A stretch of DNA of 64,000 bases from Eledone cirrhosa (taxonomy: Eukaryota), in the NCBI GenBank assembly GCA_964016885.1, contig OZ024747.1, forward strand, positions 58,280,001 through 58,344,000. The letters run 5' to 3'. The notes under the pieces were generated by a model, which did no database searches, had not been told where the DNA came from, and was given only the letters and a program-made list of their open reading frames with translations. Below, one piece after another: positions 44,315-59,045 of the stretch. How positions within the stretch are numbered: position 1 is the stretch's first letter; the number at the start of each line of letters is the position of its first letter. The position numbers and the translations under genes are program-made.

Positions 44315-45044
44315 GTGTTGCTAAGTTTGTATACACGTGTTACATTGCTGCAGATCGAGTGTTTAACATGTCTATATTGCTTCAAATGGAAAGCCTCAAC
44401 ATCTTGGACGTTGGTCCTTCATCGGGAAAAGTCAATGTTAAAAGAGGGGCTGGTATGTTGAAAAATTAAAATAAGATAAATGAATTAAAATATCCGGACC
44501 CTATATAGCATCCTGACTCTAACAATTTAACAAATATATTTTATAGATATTGTGTGTAAACCACCTATAGTTCTCGTGATACGCAGCTATACACGTTTGA
44601 TGGAAAAATGTGACATAACTAAACATAAATCGGTCTCTTGTTTTAAAAGTTCAGACTAGGAAACAATCTGTTATGCTTTTCAATTCAACATTTCTGTCCT
44701 TGCATGTCAATATGGCAGAATTTCTAAGAATTCAAAAGATGTGTCCTTGGTGATTAGCATGAGGCGTAATGTTTGTGTGTGCCTGTCGATATTAGGTATG
44801 TTGTATAGGGTGTAGTATCGTATTATTCGGGGTGAATTTGTGTGTTGTTTCTATTTTTTGTTTGCATGTATCTGTGTGTCTGTTTATGTATGTGGGAACG
44901 GCTGGTGTATATTTGTTTTTGTGATGGTATGTGCGTGTATCTAGGTGTATTTTCAGTGTTTTTACGTGTATGTACATGTATTTGTGTGTGTATAAAGTTA
45001 ATTAAGCCAGGAGGCTTAATATTATTCGTGTTTGTTATATGTTA

Positions 45045-45230
45045 CTGTGTTTGTTTCAAGATCGAATCTCGGCAATGCATTGTGTCCTTCAGCAAATATT
45101 TCCTTTGATGTTGTTCCAGTTGAATCTGCTGGAAGAAATAAATGGTGCCTGTAATTAAAAATGGCGTACGTTATAAGTTTATGGTCATGTATCGCGTAAG
45201 CTTTTCCTTTGTTGGAGCAACTGGAACAGA
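45045..45230 (+). mobile_element. Degenerate CORE-type SINE
   Basis: gcattgtgtccttcagcaa..gttgttccag; related to 1575-1709. Confidence 0.55.
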
Positions 45231-45238
45231 CGTAAATC

Positions 45239-45320
<82 letters not shown>

Positions 45321-45578
45321 TACACACACACACACACACACATACACACACACACACACACACACATACACACACAGATAGATAGTTATATACTGTAAGT
45401 CGTGTTTATGGCGCAGTCATAGGGGCACCGTATTGACACCAAACGTGTCTTGGGAATCACCGCTGATTTCTTCTGCAGAGAGAGTGAGAGTGAGAAAGAG
45501 AGAAAGAGAGAGAGAGAGAGAGAGAGGGAGGGGGCGCGACCCGAGTGCTGAACTTGTACCTTTTCTATCGAGCACAAT

Positions 45579-45769
45579 ATAATTGTTTCTACTTTTGGCA
45601 CCAGGTCAGCAATTATCCCAGTGCATTACTGGTACTTTATTTTATCGACCCCGTAAGGATGAAAGGAAAAGTTAACCTCGCCGGGATTTGAACTCAGATT
45701 ATAAAGGGAGGTAACTCTATGCTTCTAAGCAAAGCATGGTACCCGACCGTCTACCGATACTGCCAATCC
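45579..45769 (-). mobile_element. Meta-domain tRNA SINE
   Basis: TSD agcacaatataat. Confidence 0.9.
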
Positions 45770-46169
45770 AAGCACAATATAATGAATGCAATGTTGAACT
45801 TCGCGAATTTTCAATTCAAAATGCTCAGAGCAGGATCGAATACCGCAAATCATATTATCGGAAGTTCGAAGGATTCGGCTAATTATCCGCTTATCTTATA
45901 TATATATATATACATATCAAATATGGAAATACTAAACCAACCAATGGTAATATTGTTGTTTCATTGATAAAGGAATAAAGAAGACACAAAATGCATTGCA
46001 AAGTGCAGTTGGAATTTGAACGAAATGTGACTGTTATTTCAAGCATCATAAATGACCATGGAGTGGACCTAGCGATTAATATTATTTAGTGTTGCTGTAA
46101 TGACTTACCACGCTTCATCTTATTCTTGATTCTCAACGTTGAAACTTCTCATCATCTTCATTATTATCA

Positions 46170-46775
46170 TCTATATATATAAAACAAAGAATGTCGGTGT
46201 ATCTGTTTCCCTAAAACTCGAGAACTACCCAACCGTTTTTTTTCAAACTTTACACATGTAATACTGTTGGTCCTCTTGAGTGTTCTGAGCAAAAACATTT
46301 TCAAATTGTTAATGCCCTAGGGACCGCATTAGGCGATTTAGCGATCTCTTTCTCTTTCTCTTCGTCTTTCTCTTTTTAGATAGATACATAGATATGACGT
46401 CGCGCCTTCATAATATCTGTCTGTAGGCCTGGTGTCTGCATTACGACATTATGACGCGATCAGTGTGTGGGTGTATATATGTATATATAGGGTGTGTGTA
46501 TATATATATATATTCTCATGCCAGGGAACGTCTTCACGAACCAAAGTATAGTCTTCATGTTTTCCTTCGGTTGCAACGCTTTTCGAAATATTTACATCTG
46601 CGTTCACAGATTGATTTTTTTAGTTTCAGAAGATCCCGTTAAGTGTGAAAGCAGTGATTCTTTGCTTAAACTTTAATCTGTTATTTTAATCTTAATCTTA
46701 GATTCATCATAAATATATATCAAATACATAAGAACCCTAGAGCAAATCCCGAGCAACCGCGGGCCATTCTGCTAG
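46170..46775 (+). mobile_element. Non-autonomous Helitron carrying a Naiad PLE fragment (46512-46692)
   Basis: A|TCTATATATATAAAA start, subterminal hairpin cccg..cggg, CTAG|T end, inserted between A and T with no TSD. Confidence 0.8.
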
Positions 46776-47950
46776 TTATTACTATAATTCATGTTTATCT
46801 GCAAAAACATGCAATATCCATAGTGTCTCTGCATTAGGTCGGGCATGGACAAACATTTTCGAGCAGTGAGCGACCTAGGATGTGGTTCATCATAAGGCGA
46901 GTCACACTACTAAGATTTCAAGGCAATTTTGAAATTAGGCGTGACACTCACAAAACCAAACAGGCAGCATGAGGCTCGCGGGGCGTAATTTGCCAAAGCC
47001 TAGTTTAGATATATTACACATTTTGAGCATTCTACTGACGCGTTTGCCTGAACCCTAATTCTCAGGGTGTTTTAAAGGCTGACCTAATCTGTGATTAATC
47101 CGACCCTGCGAATTACAGATAAAACTTAAATTTTAGTAACTGATTTTAGTAAAGACATTAAGTGTCTAATTAAAAGTTGAAATGAGCCGGTGGAAATCGA
47201 ACTCATAACCTTATGATTGTGAGCCGTACCACGTATCCTCTATATCACGCGCCAACTCTAAAGCTTAGAAGTAGGAATCTAGATAACTATCTAACTAAAA
47301 TAGGATGGCTTGGAGTTATTCATAATCATATTATCATAAATGTATACATTCTACTTAGATTCCAAGAAAAATATTCATATTCCAAAAGTCTGACATTGAT
47401 TCATTGTAGTATCAAGCAACATTGAAAAAAGTTTGGGTACTATTTAAACCATTTTTCCAAAGCCACCTTCGTTTTACAGTTTCCCTAACTGTATTTTTTA
47501 TATACTTTTTCACCTCCTTATTTCTCATTCTTATAACTTCGATCAGCCGCTCTCTCTGTATTATTGAATACATTTCCTTGCTTAATTCTGTTACTCTCTG
47601 CTTCTTGCATTAAAGAAAAAGATTCCAACCTGCAAGAATTCTTAGCCTTACAATGGAAGAACACACAAGCATAGAAAACTAGAACACGTAATCTGCCAAA
47701 TATATTCCTTACTATTTGCATCTTTTATTTCTCTCATTATATGTATGTACGCATATGTATGTACACATGTATGTAAGTTTGTATGTATGTATGTATCTAT
47801 GTATGTATGTATGTAGGCATGCATGTATATATATACATGAAAGTATATACGAAGTTTTCTATATATTGGTATCAACATGTCTTTTTATCTAGGTATATGT
47901 AAGTTTATATGCATATATATATATGCATATACATATATATATATAAATAA

Positions 47951-48026
<76 letters not shown>

Positions 48027-48098
48027 ATATATATACATATATATATATACATGTGTATATATATATACATACATATATATCTAGATATATACACACAC

Positions 48099-48167
<69 letters not shown>

Positions 48168-49106
48168 ACAGTCTTTCAAACTGAGAATTCACACACGTTT
48201 TTCTTCTCCTCAAGATCAAATTTATTTGCACAGTTGAGAGAGAATCCTTGTGATTGTTGTCGTGATTTATGGTAAAGAAATAGCTCCCCTTAGAAATCTT
48301 GGCACACAAACACATAAAAATTACAACACGCAACCTCATACATTCAGGTTAGATCTCACGCTCCTGAATTTTACTAATTCTCATCAATTTTCCGTTGAAT
48401 TCTGTTTCCAGCTATATATTTGGAAACTACAATATTATGTTGAATGCGTTACCGTAAATGCTTATAATCTCTCTTTTTCTGCTATGAGCTGCGCTCAATA
48501 ACAGCAATTTATAACTGGCAAATAACTCGGAAGATTGAATTTCAGAAATGTATTTACACATTAGAATTTCAGTCGTTACACGTTTCTAGAAATCATTCCC
48601 TTTTGTTCTATGAATTTCTGACCGCATGCGTGCCACTAGAACACTATAGGAATGTAATTCAGATACAATATTCTAGAAATGAGATGGCAATTAAAGGAAA
48701 AAGAATGAAAATAATTACACTGTTCGTGGTTGAAATAAGATAAACCTTCATTGGGTGTCAAGTCCTCAGCACGCATTCTATTTCCGGTAAGACGTGTGAA
48801 ACACTAGACATGTCGGTACGTTGTTAATACAGCTTTCATTGTTTCAGAATGGAGCCACGAAACCGCAACAGTATAGATTAAATGACGTATACCAGTTACG
48901 TTGTGATGTCAAATCTTAATTAAGTTATATGCGCTCGTCATTTGAAGAGTAAATAAATAGTATGTTTTATGAAGAAATTATGTTTAACGATACTTCAGCA
49001 ACAACAGGCGAGCAGGTATTTGGCATAACTGCACACTGATTACTTAGTTTAAATCAACTGCAATTGGCTAGATGTGTTTCCAGTCTTCATTATATATTAA
49101 TCTAGA

Positions 49107-49293
49107 GCGGTGGATTGGCAGTATCGGTAGAGGGTCGGACGCCATGCTTTCCAGCATAGTTACGTCCCTTTACGATCTGAGTTCAAATCCCGCCGAGGTT
49201 GAATTTGCCTTTCATCCTTGCGGGGTCGATAAAATGAGGTACCAGTAATGCACTGGGTAATTGCTGGCCTTGTGCCTAATGTAGAAACAATTA
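49107..49293 (+). mobile_element. Meta-domain tRNA SINE
   Basis: TSD attatatattaa(t/c)ctaga. Confidence 0.9.
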
Positions 49294-49434
49294 TATATTA
49301 ACCTAGATAATTATCTTTTTGACGATCGGTACATAGTCTTCTAGGAGAGCTGTTAACGCGTACATAGAAATAATTGACTACCTCAATTTTATTTATTACC
49401 ATAGTGAATGGCTTAATCACGGTTCTATATAATT

Positions 49435-49657
49435 ACTTGTTTCTAATTTGGGCAGTATGCCGGCAATTCCGTAAAAGGAGAAAGTTGATTACTCCGACCA
49501 AACTACTTGACTGATGCTGTATTTTATCGAGCCCCACCCGACACCAGCGGAAGGAGGAAAGACAAAGGTGACCCCAGAATTGAACTCAAAAATTTAAGAG
49601 CGTAAATGAACGAAATATTTTGTCATACACTCTAATTATTCTACCAATTCACTGCCT
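49435..49657 (-). mobile_element. Old, diverged Meta-domain SINE
   Basis: ttgtttctaatttgggca...aggaaagacaaaggtgacc..ttgaactca..ccaattcactgcc. Confidence 0.65.
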
Positions 49658-49751
49658 TTGGTTTCTGTATAATATACGAAAACAAAATATTTCAACACAA
49701 TAATGTATTAGTAATATTAACTGGGATCAGATACATATTTCGCGTTAACCA

Positions 49752-49803
<52 letters not shown>

Positions 49804-50814
49804 TGTATGTATAATATATTCGGCAATATGCCGTATGTTTAATTAAAAACCTTTTGAACAACATACGCTATCGGTTTTAAAGAAGTGACTAAGTCACTTA
49901 CTTCTTTTCGGCGAAAGAAGGCAGAGAAGTTAACAGCCTGTTTCAAGCTGTTGGCGATCGTCAGAGCAACGTACTATAGTAGCTGGATTCTTATAGAATT
50001 CCAGTAATAATCAGGAGCTGATTATACATTGCCGGTCCAGCAAAAATTAGATATCTTTATTCATACGAACAAAAGTATGGTAAACGCGAAATATGTATCT
50101 GATCGCAGTTAATATTACTAATACAGTATTGTGGTGAAATATTACGTTTTCGTATACTATACAGAAACCAAAGGCATATATATATATATATATCCAATTT
50201 TAAAAAAGACGGAGTAAAAAACTCACATTAATCCCCTGTATTTTAGTGAGTTCAAGGAATGTATATTTCAGGCTCTTTACAAATCAACATATAGAGAGAA
50301 GTACACATAGAGATATTTGTTCAATAATAGGGGATCAAAAACCAGCAGAGTGACGAACATATTACCTACGCAAGGAATGTTGAATATAAATCAATAAAAA
50401 GAATATATGAATGTATACTAACCATCCGATTATAACAGTAACACCCGGACATGTTCAAATAAGAGTATGTTTCGCTATAATAAGTGAAGAATCCATATTG
50501 TAGATGTAGCTCATCGGCGGGAGCCTAGCAGTATGATCAATACTTATAAAAGAATATATCACATTCTGATCCCCTATGATTGAACATATATCTCTAGGTG
50601 TACTTCTCTCTACATGTTGATTTATATATATATATATATATATATACATATAGGAAAAGTGTCTGGAACCCGACGGCTGAGTATACATACAGGTATGTCT
50701 ACATATATATGGAAAGGTGTGAGTGAGAGTGTGTGCAATTAAATGACTTAATAAAAAATTATATTTACAAGTATATTAATAAATTTACAACAATCCAATT
50801 TATTATACGTAAAT

Positions 50815-50877
<63 letters not shown>

Positions 50878-50909
50878 GTGTGTATATATATATGTATATA
50901 TATATATAC

Positions 50910-50986
<77 letters not shown>

Positions 50987-51232
50987 TATATAATTATGAA
51001 TAAAAATATAAATAAACACCAATATAACTGATTATTTCTGTGTGTTTATTAAAATATTACTGACAAGATTTATATATAATATATACAATACACAATAAAT
51101 TAAAGGAATAATAACTAGTTAATAGGAATTTAATATACAGATTACAAATATAATATATGAGCAAAGCTAATCAACGTCAAAAGAATATACACTTTATATA
51201 TAAGTTTGTGTATACACACACATATATATATG

Positions 51233-51297
<65 letters not shown>

Positions 51298-51490
51298 TTA
51301 TGTATATATATAAGTATATATATATATATGTACACATGTATATATGCATGTATGTATATATATATATATATATACACATATATATATATGCTTGTATGTA
51401 TACATATGTCTATATATACGTCTTTATATATTATATATAGTATTTCTTCATTTTACCGAGTAGATTGCTTTGCTACTGCTGTTTGCCTTT

Positions 51491-51600
<110 letters not shown>

Positions 51601-51898
51601 TGGGGTATGTATATTAATATTCACATACATACATACAAAAATGTGTCGTGGTTAACATATTGGAACTATTTTTCAACAAATCATATTTTAATGTATCTTC
51701 TTTTTCTATATGTTTCATATTAACTCGATTTTCATCTCTTTGATTCTTTTAAATTGCGGCTCCTAAAATGTTCGATTGATAATGAATTCAAACATTATTC
51801 CAATTCATAACTAGTCTAGTTTAACTTTTAACATACAAAATTGAATAAAAATGTTATAACTTGCCGGTATATGCAATGCTCTATCTGCCTACTCCCCT

Positions 51899-51989
<91 letters not shown>

Positions 51990-53160
51990 GGGTTGGGTGC
52001 ATTTAGATTGTGTGTGTAGAGTTTCCTTATTAAATAATATAAGATATGCTTCCGAATAAATATTTGCAGCCCTATAACTATGAGCTTTAACGGTGCCGGC
52101 TGGCGATACCTGTTTTCTTCCATCAGAAGCAAGGGGTGAGGCAAAGCGACATCTATTTCTGGCTGCCACGGAGTCTACATGTATGGGATTGAGGATAAGT
52201 AAGATATTACAATCGACTTTATTGGACAATACGTATTGACAACAGTTTGACAACAGTTTGAAGTGGAAATGCGATCATTACAACAACAACTGGGGACTGT
52301 GTAACATCGACAGATTGCAATACACTTATATGAAGAAGTTGATATGTCTCAGTCAAACGTGTTTCCTCTCTTCCGTTCCCGATAATACGTGTATTCCTTC
52401 CACTCATAACCAAGAATCAAACAAGCATGGTTACCAATACACCACCTCCCCACACCACATATTTCAAACAGTCTCACTCAAATGACCTTGCAAATCACTC
52501 AAAACAAATTGCAATACTCTCATAGTAAGGCTGTAAAAATATATATTTACACGAACATGTACATTATTCAATATACAACCCCAGTCAAGTATCAATTATT
52601 CTATCTCAGAACATTACTGCCTCTCATATATATATATATATATATACAAAAGTATTTGTAAATGCATTCATATACATAAACATAAATGTCTGTGTTCGCT
52701 AGAGTGAGAAAACACTATCCAGAATGGTTAGATGCGGTTATTGAGGCCCATAAAAGCAAATACTCTTACAAACAAATAATCACCAAATTCGTACTTTTTA
52801 ACCTCTTTTAATATTTTGCCCATTTATTATTAGTGAATTATCTACGCATTTCGAATATAAATATTTAACATTAACTCGACTTTGGCTTGAGAATAAGTTG
52901 ATAAGTTATACTGAATTCTTTTGATGTATGATATTCTGGCATTTTTATCAACTTTCTGAACGCTAGCAACTCGTAAACTATTTTAATATATTTTGTTGTT
53001 TATACTTATATGATGTGATCAGTTTCCACTCTTATATATGATTTATGACTAAATAGAAGATAAATATTCAAGTGGCTCTCTCCACCAAATTAAATTAATT
53101 TGTTTTTCTTATTAAGATTACACGCACGCACACAAACAAAAACACATACGAATATATATG

Positions 53161-53192
<32 letters not shown>

Positions 53193-54414
53193 ACGTTGAA
53201 AGAGATAGAAGGCTAAACAATGCAAAATGGACTGCAAGATGATGTAACGAAAAGTAACAGTAAGTTACCTGGTAATCTTTGTTGTTGTTCAGGTAAAAGA
53301 CGACAACAAAACAAAACAAAAATGACGAGATAACTTATTCTTTTCGTTACCTCATCTTACAGTCCATTCTGCATTGTTTAGCCTACTATCTATTTCGTCG
53401 TTATATATACACAATGCTTCAAGTAAACTATACCATGCTATTATATATATCCTACTTCACGTGTCTAATTTTGATAATCACTTTAAGTTACCTCAGGCTG
53501 GCCTACACTACTTAATTTGTGAAGGAACAATAGCTCCGTACCGGTCAGGTGTGTTGGTTCCGAGACCTTAAGCGGTTTCACGGATATTTGACACGGTCTG
53601 CGGGGAACAAGCCTACTGCCCGGATATTCTCTTTATATTTCGTAAGATTTCAATCTGACGTCTCGCTCATGGAGTGCTTGAGTCTACGGGGGATCGGACA
53701 TCTGGATGTATACCTAACAATTTGATCAAACCGGTACTAGCAAGATGTACGGCTACAATGCGTCCAACAATTTCGAACCACTTAAACTATGACTATACAA
53801 CATCTACGTTATACACACTGATGTGACCTACAGGCAGCTATTTCTTTAATTTTTAATGTTCTTCATTATAAAATATTTTTCATTATAATCATCGCTTTCG
53901 CATTTATCTATCCACTTAACATAACCTTTCAGTTTGTTCTTAATTAATTAATTAGTTTAGTTATTTTTATATAGTAAATATTTTGGCATCGGTTATAATA
54001 TTCACTGTTGTTACAGAGCTGTGGTCATATGGCGCTGGCAGGAGATGGATGACACAACTATTATAGCAGCCACTTTCACTACTACTACAACAGATACTCA
54101 TAGAAAGAGGGGGGAGAAGGGCTGGCTACCAGCCGTTTCGTTGCTACCTAAACTGACCAACACTTCCGCCAAAATTCTTAGGGTGATACAAGGGCCGGCC
54201 GTCGAAGAAACACCACGCGTTCGACCGGGCCCCAGGGAAATTATTGGATTTTTCCAAATTTAAAGGTTTCTGAGTAACTTTCAATGTTGATTTCAGGTTT
54301 CCCCGTCTGAAGTGTTCAGGCTACCATAACTGATAGTCCTCAGTGAAATATGTATGACTGAGTTTTAAATAAATCTGAATCAACTGAATATGGCCTCCGA
54401 TCATTTATTGATGA

Positions 54415-54598
54415 ATAATTGTTTCTACTTTAGGCACAAGGCCAGCAATTATCCAGTACATTACTGGTACTTTATTTTATTGACCCCGTAAGGATAAAAG
54501 GCAAAGTTAACCTCGGCGGGATTTGAACTCAGAATGTAAAAGACGTAACTATGCTGGTAAGCATGTCCGACCCTCTACCGATACTGCCAATTCACCAC
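54415..54598 (-). mobile_element. Meta-domain tRNA SINE
   Basis: TSD ttgat(g/a)aataat. Confidence 0.9.
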
Positions 54599-54727
54599 CC
54601 TTTTGATAAATAATACTCCGACTTGCACCATTTCTACACGTCTTTGAGCGCTTCTTTTTATCTGCTTTGCAACCGACAGACGATAATGTGATCTGCACAT
54701 CTTTGTTCGATTTACCACCGACTCTAA

Positions 54728-54829
<102 letters not shown>

Positions 54830-54831
54830 TT

Positions 54832-54892
<61 letters not shown>

Positions 54893-54895
<3 letters not shown>

Positions 54896-55037
54896 AAGGA
54901 AGAGTGATGTAAGCAACCAGATGGACCATACCGCACCAGGGTACTCAATACTTAGGATAGTAGAGTGGGTAATAGGAGAAAGTATTTCCCCGAAGGCAGA
55001 GCTCTACTTGAGCTCTGCCGTCGGGGTCATACTTTCT

Positions 55038-55041
<4 letters not shown>
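54893..55041. mobile_element. Fold-back PLE terminal-repeat cassette, copy 3 of 3
   Basis: Homologous to the copies at 2321 and 39843, with shorter arms. Confidence 0.65.
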
Positions 55042-55092
<51 letters not shown>

Positions 55093-55272
55093 CGATAGAG
55101 AGAGAGAAACAGAGAAAGAGAGATAGGTAATTCTTAAGTAGTGTGTAGAAATTTTAGCAGCATGCGTAAAAATAGGTAATTTTTCAAGGTAGAGATTTGG
55201 TCAAACTTAATATTGTGATCAGTCAGGAAAATGATAATAAGAAGGGTTCGAAAAGCGCACCCTATCTATCTA

Positions 55273-55359
<87 letters not shown>

Positions 55360-55366
55360 AGAGAGA

Positions 55367-55545
55367 GAAGTAGTAACACAACAGTTAGTTCACCAATAGC
55401 GAGAACAATTGTTTCACCTTATATAAGGTGAAATAATTCTTCTCAGTATGGTGGACTAACTGTTGTGTTACTACTTCTACCAAACTCGACCAATGGACTG
55501 AGTTCTCTACTACTACGGATATTACCATCCAGTATTATACCTTTA
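55367..55545. mobile_element. Fold-back PLE-like terminal repeat of another family
   Basis: Inverted arms of ~55 bp centred on ccttatataagg (~55423); microsatellite flanks. Confidence 0.55.
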
Positions 55546-55583
55546 TATATATATATATATACATATATATATAGAGAGAGAGA

Positions 55584-56270
55584 TCCCGACGCATTATATG
55601 GTATAACCCACCATATAATATGGAGGTGGCCACACCATTAGCTAAGACCATTCTCTTCCTTATTATGAAGCATTTTCCCCCTACACATAAATATAGTAAA
55701 ATTCTTAATAGAAATACTATTAAAATGCCTTACTCTACGACTCCTAACCTTGCACATAACATCACAGCTTCAACATTAGCTAAACTTCCTAGCCGTAGGA
55801 ACACGTGCAACCCTGTAGTTAGTACTAACTGTAATTGTAGGAATGGGGTTGACTCCCCCATATCCGGGAAATGCCTCTCTGGTAACATTGTCTACAAATG
55901 TAAGGTTGACGCTCCCACGTCCCGTAGGGCCTACATTGGGTTAACCGCCAACAGATTTAGGCACTGCCTTTACATGCATACCCCTTCTTTTCGGTACCCT
56001 TTAAGACGGAATATGACGTCAATTTCAGCTTATATCTGGAGTCTAAAAGACATCCATACCCAATATAAGTTACACTGGAAGATCCTAGCTAAGGCTAGAT
56101 CGTATAACGTAAATAAAAGACCATGTGACCTCTGCGCCGCTGAGGCCATGGAAATACTCTATGACAAAGACCACATCTTAAACAAAAAATCTGAGGCAAT
56201 TTCGGCTTGTAAACATAAATTGCAGAAAACTTTCCTGTATTACAGCCCCACATTATACCCTAATGGATAG
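55584..56270 (+). CDS. PLE RT-thumb/linker and GIY-YIG endonuclease; open frame but 5'-truncated
   Basis: Frame extends upstream of the ATG as RRIIWYNPPYN; KHFP, NRNTIK, CNCR...P..GKC, IVYKC..AYIGLT, YIWSLK, CDLC, LNKKSE..CKH. Confidence 0.88.
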   Translation, partial: SRRIIWYNPPYNMEVATPLAKTILFLIMKHFPPTHKYSKILNRNTIKMPYSTTPNLAHNITASTLAKLPSRRNTCNPVVSTNCNCRNGVDSPISGKCLSGNIVYKCKVDAPTSRRAYIGLTANRFRHCLYMHTPSFRYPLRRNMTSISAYIWSLKDIHTQYKLHWKILAKARSYNVNKRPCDLCAAEAMEILYDKDHILNKKSEAISACKHKLQKTFLYYSPTLYPNG

Positions 56271-57178
56271 TACGAACTATACCCGGATATTTTACGTCTT
56301 GATCTGGTAGCTAAGTATATGTTATGTGTATACCATTACTTATTTGTAAAGGTAAGTATATATTACCTGTATGTTTTGTGAAGGTAGGTATACTTCCTCG
56401 TACGTATATTTGATTGTATATGTTATGGCGTATATATTATATATTCTGGTACATATGCTTTTGGTTATGTGTATACGTGAGTTTTGCGTCTGTGTGAGTA
56501 TGCAGGTTCGTACGTATGTAGGGTGTGTGTATATGTGTACTTCGTGTTTTGGTTGACGTACGTCTCCGAACATATGTGTATTTATATGTAGGTATGTGTG
56601 TGCGTTTGTTATATACGTACTTATTTAATTATTTGTATACAAGCACACACACTCACATATATATATATTTGTTATTAAATATATATTTTTATATGTATTT
56701 GGTGTATACATTCGTATGCGTGTAGGTACAGGCGTTGCGTGGGTTCTGTATGTGCGTGCGGGTTTTTTTCTTTTTTTTCTTTTTTTTTCTTTTTTTTTTG
56801 TGTACGTGCGTGTATTTGTATACTTTGGCGAGTGTTTTCACGTATCCTTTTGTTTCTACGTATATGGATGCGTGTATGTATTTATTAAATTTCAATTAGC
56901 TCTCTATTTTATGTACGTACTTCTTAACACTGAAGCCGAGAATCATTCGGTTTCCTAGTTAGAATTTTAGTCTACGACTTCAGTTATACCATTTACGTGG
57001 TTTTGTCTTTGCGTGCAATTGTTCTCCACGCTCCATATATGACGTATTATCTTCGTTTTTTCCGTTCATTGCCAGAGAACGTCTCTATGAAACACCTAAT
57101 AGAATATTAGTCTACGACTTCTTTTATACCATAAACGTGGTTTTGTCTTTGCGTGTAATTGTTATTCACCGCTCCAAA

Positions 57179-57296
57179 TAATTGTTTCTACTTTTGGCAC
57201 AAGGCCAGCAATTACCCTGTGCATTACTGGTACTTTATTTTATGGACCCTGTAAGGATGAAAGGCAAAGTTAACCTCGGCGGGATTTGAACTCAGA
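57179..57296 (-). mobile_element. 5'-truncated SINE nested in the PLE UTR
   Basis: TSD accgctcca(a/t)ataat; the empty site is visible in the paralogous copy at ~16095. Confidence 0.92.
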
Positions 57297-57428
57297 ACCG
57301 CTCCATATAATGACGTATAATATTCGTTTTTTCCCGTTCTTTGCCAGGGAACGTTTCCACGAACCAAAGTATCATCTTCCTGTCTTCCTCCGGTTGCAAC
57401 GTTTTGTTAACTATTCACTTCTGCGTTC

Positions 57429-57504
57429 ACAGATTGACTTTGTTACTTTCAGAAGATCCCGTTAAGGGTGAAAGCAGCGATTCTTTGCTTAAACTTTAAT
57501 CTGT
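57429..57504 (+). ncRNA. Type I hammerhead-like ribozyme with variant core CAGAAGA; also at 16226-16300 and 46606-46681
   Basis: Extended bulged stem I (acagattga..agttt / aaact..ttaatctgt), stem II ccc/ggg, GAAA, stem III agcag/ttgct. Confidence 0.6.
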
Positions 57505-57604
57505 TATTTTAATAAATATTTGCTCTACGTTTCTTATATATTTGATATTTATCCTTATCGAGCCCTCTTTGGATTTTAGTCTTCAAATTTATTATTATTA
57601 CTAA

Positions 57605-57745
<141 letters not shown>

Positions 57746-59045
57746 CGGAAAAGATTGTTATGGTAAGCACGAGAAAGCTCTCAACAATCGCTGTTTTTAG
57801 TTACGATGGAGAATTTTATAAACATAACAAAATAAGGTGCTGAGGTTACATATATCGTTTAATCATAATAATTTTTTCCACGGTTCTCCATGCAATCGAG
57901 ATGTCCTTCATGCTGTTGATTATGAGAAGGGTTTCCTCAGATGAAAATCGATACATCTGATATGGGGCTGGCAGGAAAGGACACATCCCAATGCCTGTGC
58001 GCCCAGCATACATATGTATAGCTGGGCGCAATGGACTAAGAAGAAAACAGACCAATTATACATGGGTTATAAAGGCCAGACAAAATGAAATCGGTGGTTG
58101 TGAATCAACAGCCACCTTAGCCGAAAAACGAACAAGCTAAGCAGGTTAACAAATAATTACCTGGACCTCCAGGAAAGTGATGGTAAAATCCAATGTGGGG
58201 TTTCTGTGAGGCCTAAATCAAGTATACTGTCTGCTTTCGTTGTAAGCTTTTGGTATAACGATCGAACAAGGTAGCCATTTCGTCAACAGATTGTCTGTTC
58301 TCAAACCCCCACTGGGTTCCAATGAAGTAGCAGTGAAGTAACCACCCCACGTGATTACTCTGCAAGGGCGGTAACCTCGATTTTTGGCGGGTGCATTCAA
58401 AATGTGTAAAGGAATTGCAAAAAATTGCAAAAAACAGCACACGTCGAAGTAAGCTCTCGACCGTGTTGTTTTTAAATAAACTTAAGCAATTAATCAGTCA
58501 TATAAACACACACACCCACACACAAATATATATCTATAGATCAATTGACTATTTTCAATTAACTTAAGATTTGAAAATAAACGGTCAAGCATTATTCTTT
58601 CCCCCTATCTAATTATACGCTATTTATATGTTACAATACATATCTCCTACCCTTGGACTATACGATTTAATTTAGTTTCCTCTTTCTATCATTTGATCAT
58701 TTCTCCCTTCTCTTGTTCCTACGATCAAATCTTCTTTTTCTTTTTTTCCCTTTTTCTCTCTTTCCTCATGATTTGCTATCTCGATCTATCACTTCCACTA
58801 TCAACAATAATGAGGTATGAATATATTATTATTATTTAAATGTTTAACAGTTATAGAAGTTTATGTGTTATATATTATTAATTATTTGTATATCTTTTTA
58901 CACATTCTCATACGCACCCTCTGTATTATATGTAATTTTTCATGTTTCATCTTAAGGTATATAAATATCGAGTTTTGGCACAACTAATCACTGCCATAAC
59001 TAAATTATAACCATCAACATAGTCAAGGTGTGTCAAGCATCAACT

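Larger units (their letters stand above)
55584..57603 (+). mobile_element. 5'-truncated Naiad-type Penelope-like element
   Basis: ORF plus ~1.3 kb 3' UTR/terminal repeat with hammerhead; microsatellites at both ends. Confidence 0.85.

Noticed and set aside
45093-45231. Apparent second half of the module E CNBD (SFDVVPVESAGRNKWCL..AFP)
   Set aside because: The DNA matches a degenerate CORE-type SINE. This shows that weak by-eye channel matches can be spurious.
55584-57603. Selenocysteine/SECIS system in the Naiad-type PLE
   Set aside because: No in-frame TGA in the visible ORF and no convincing SECIS fold.
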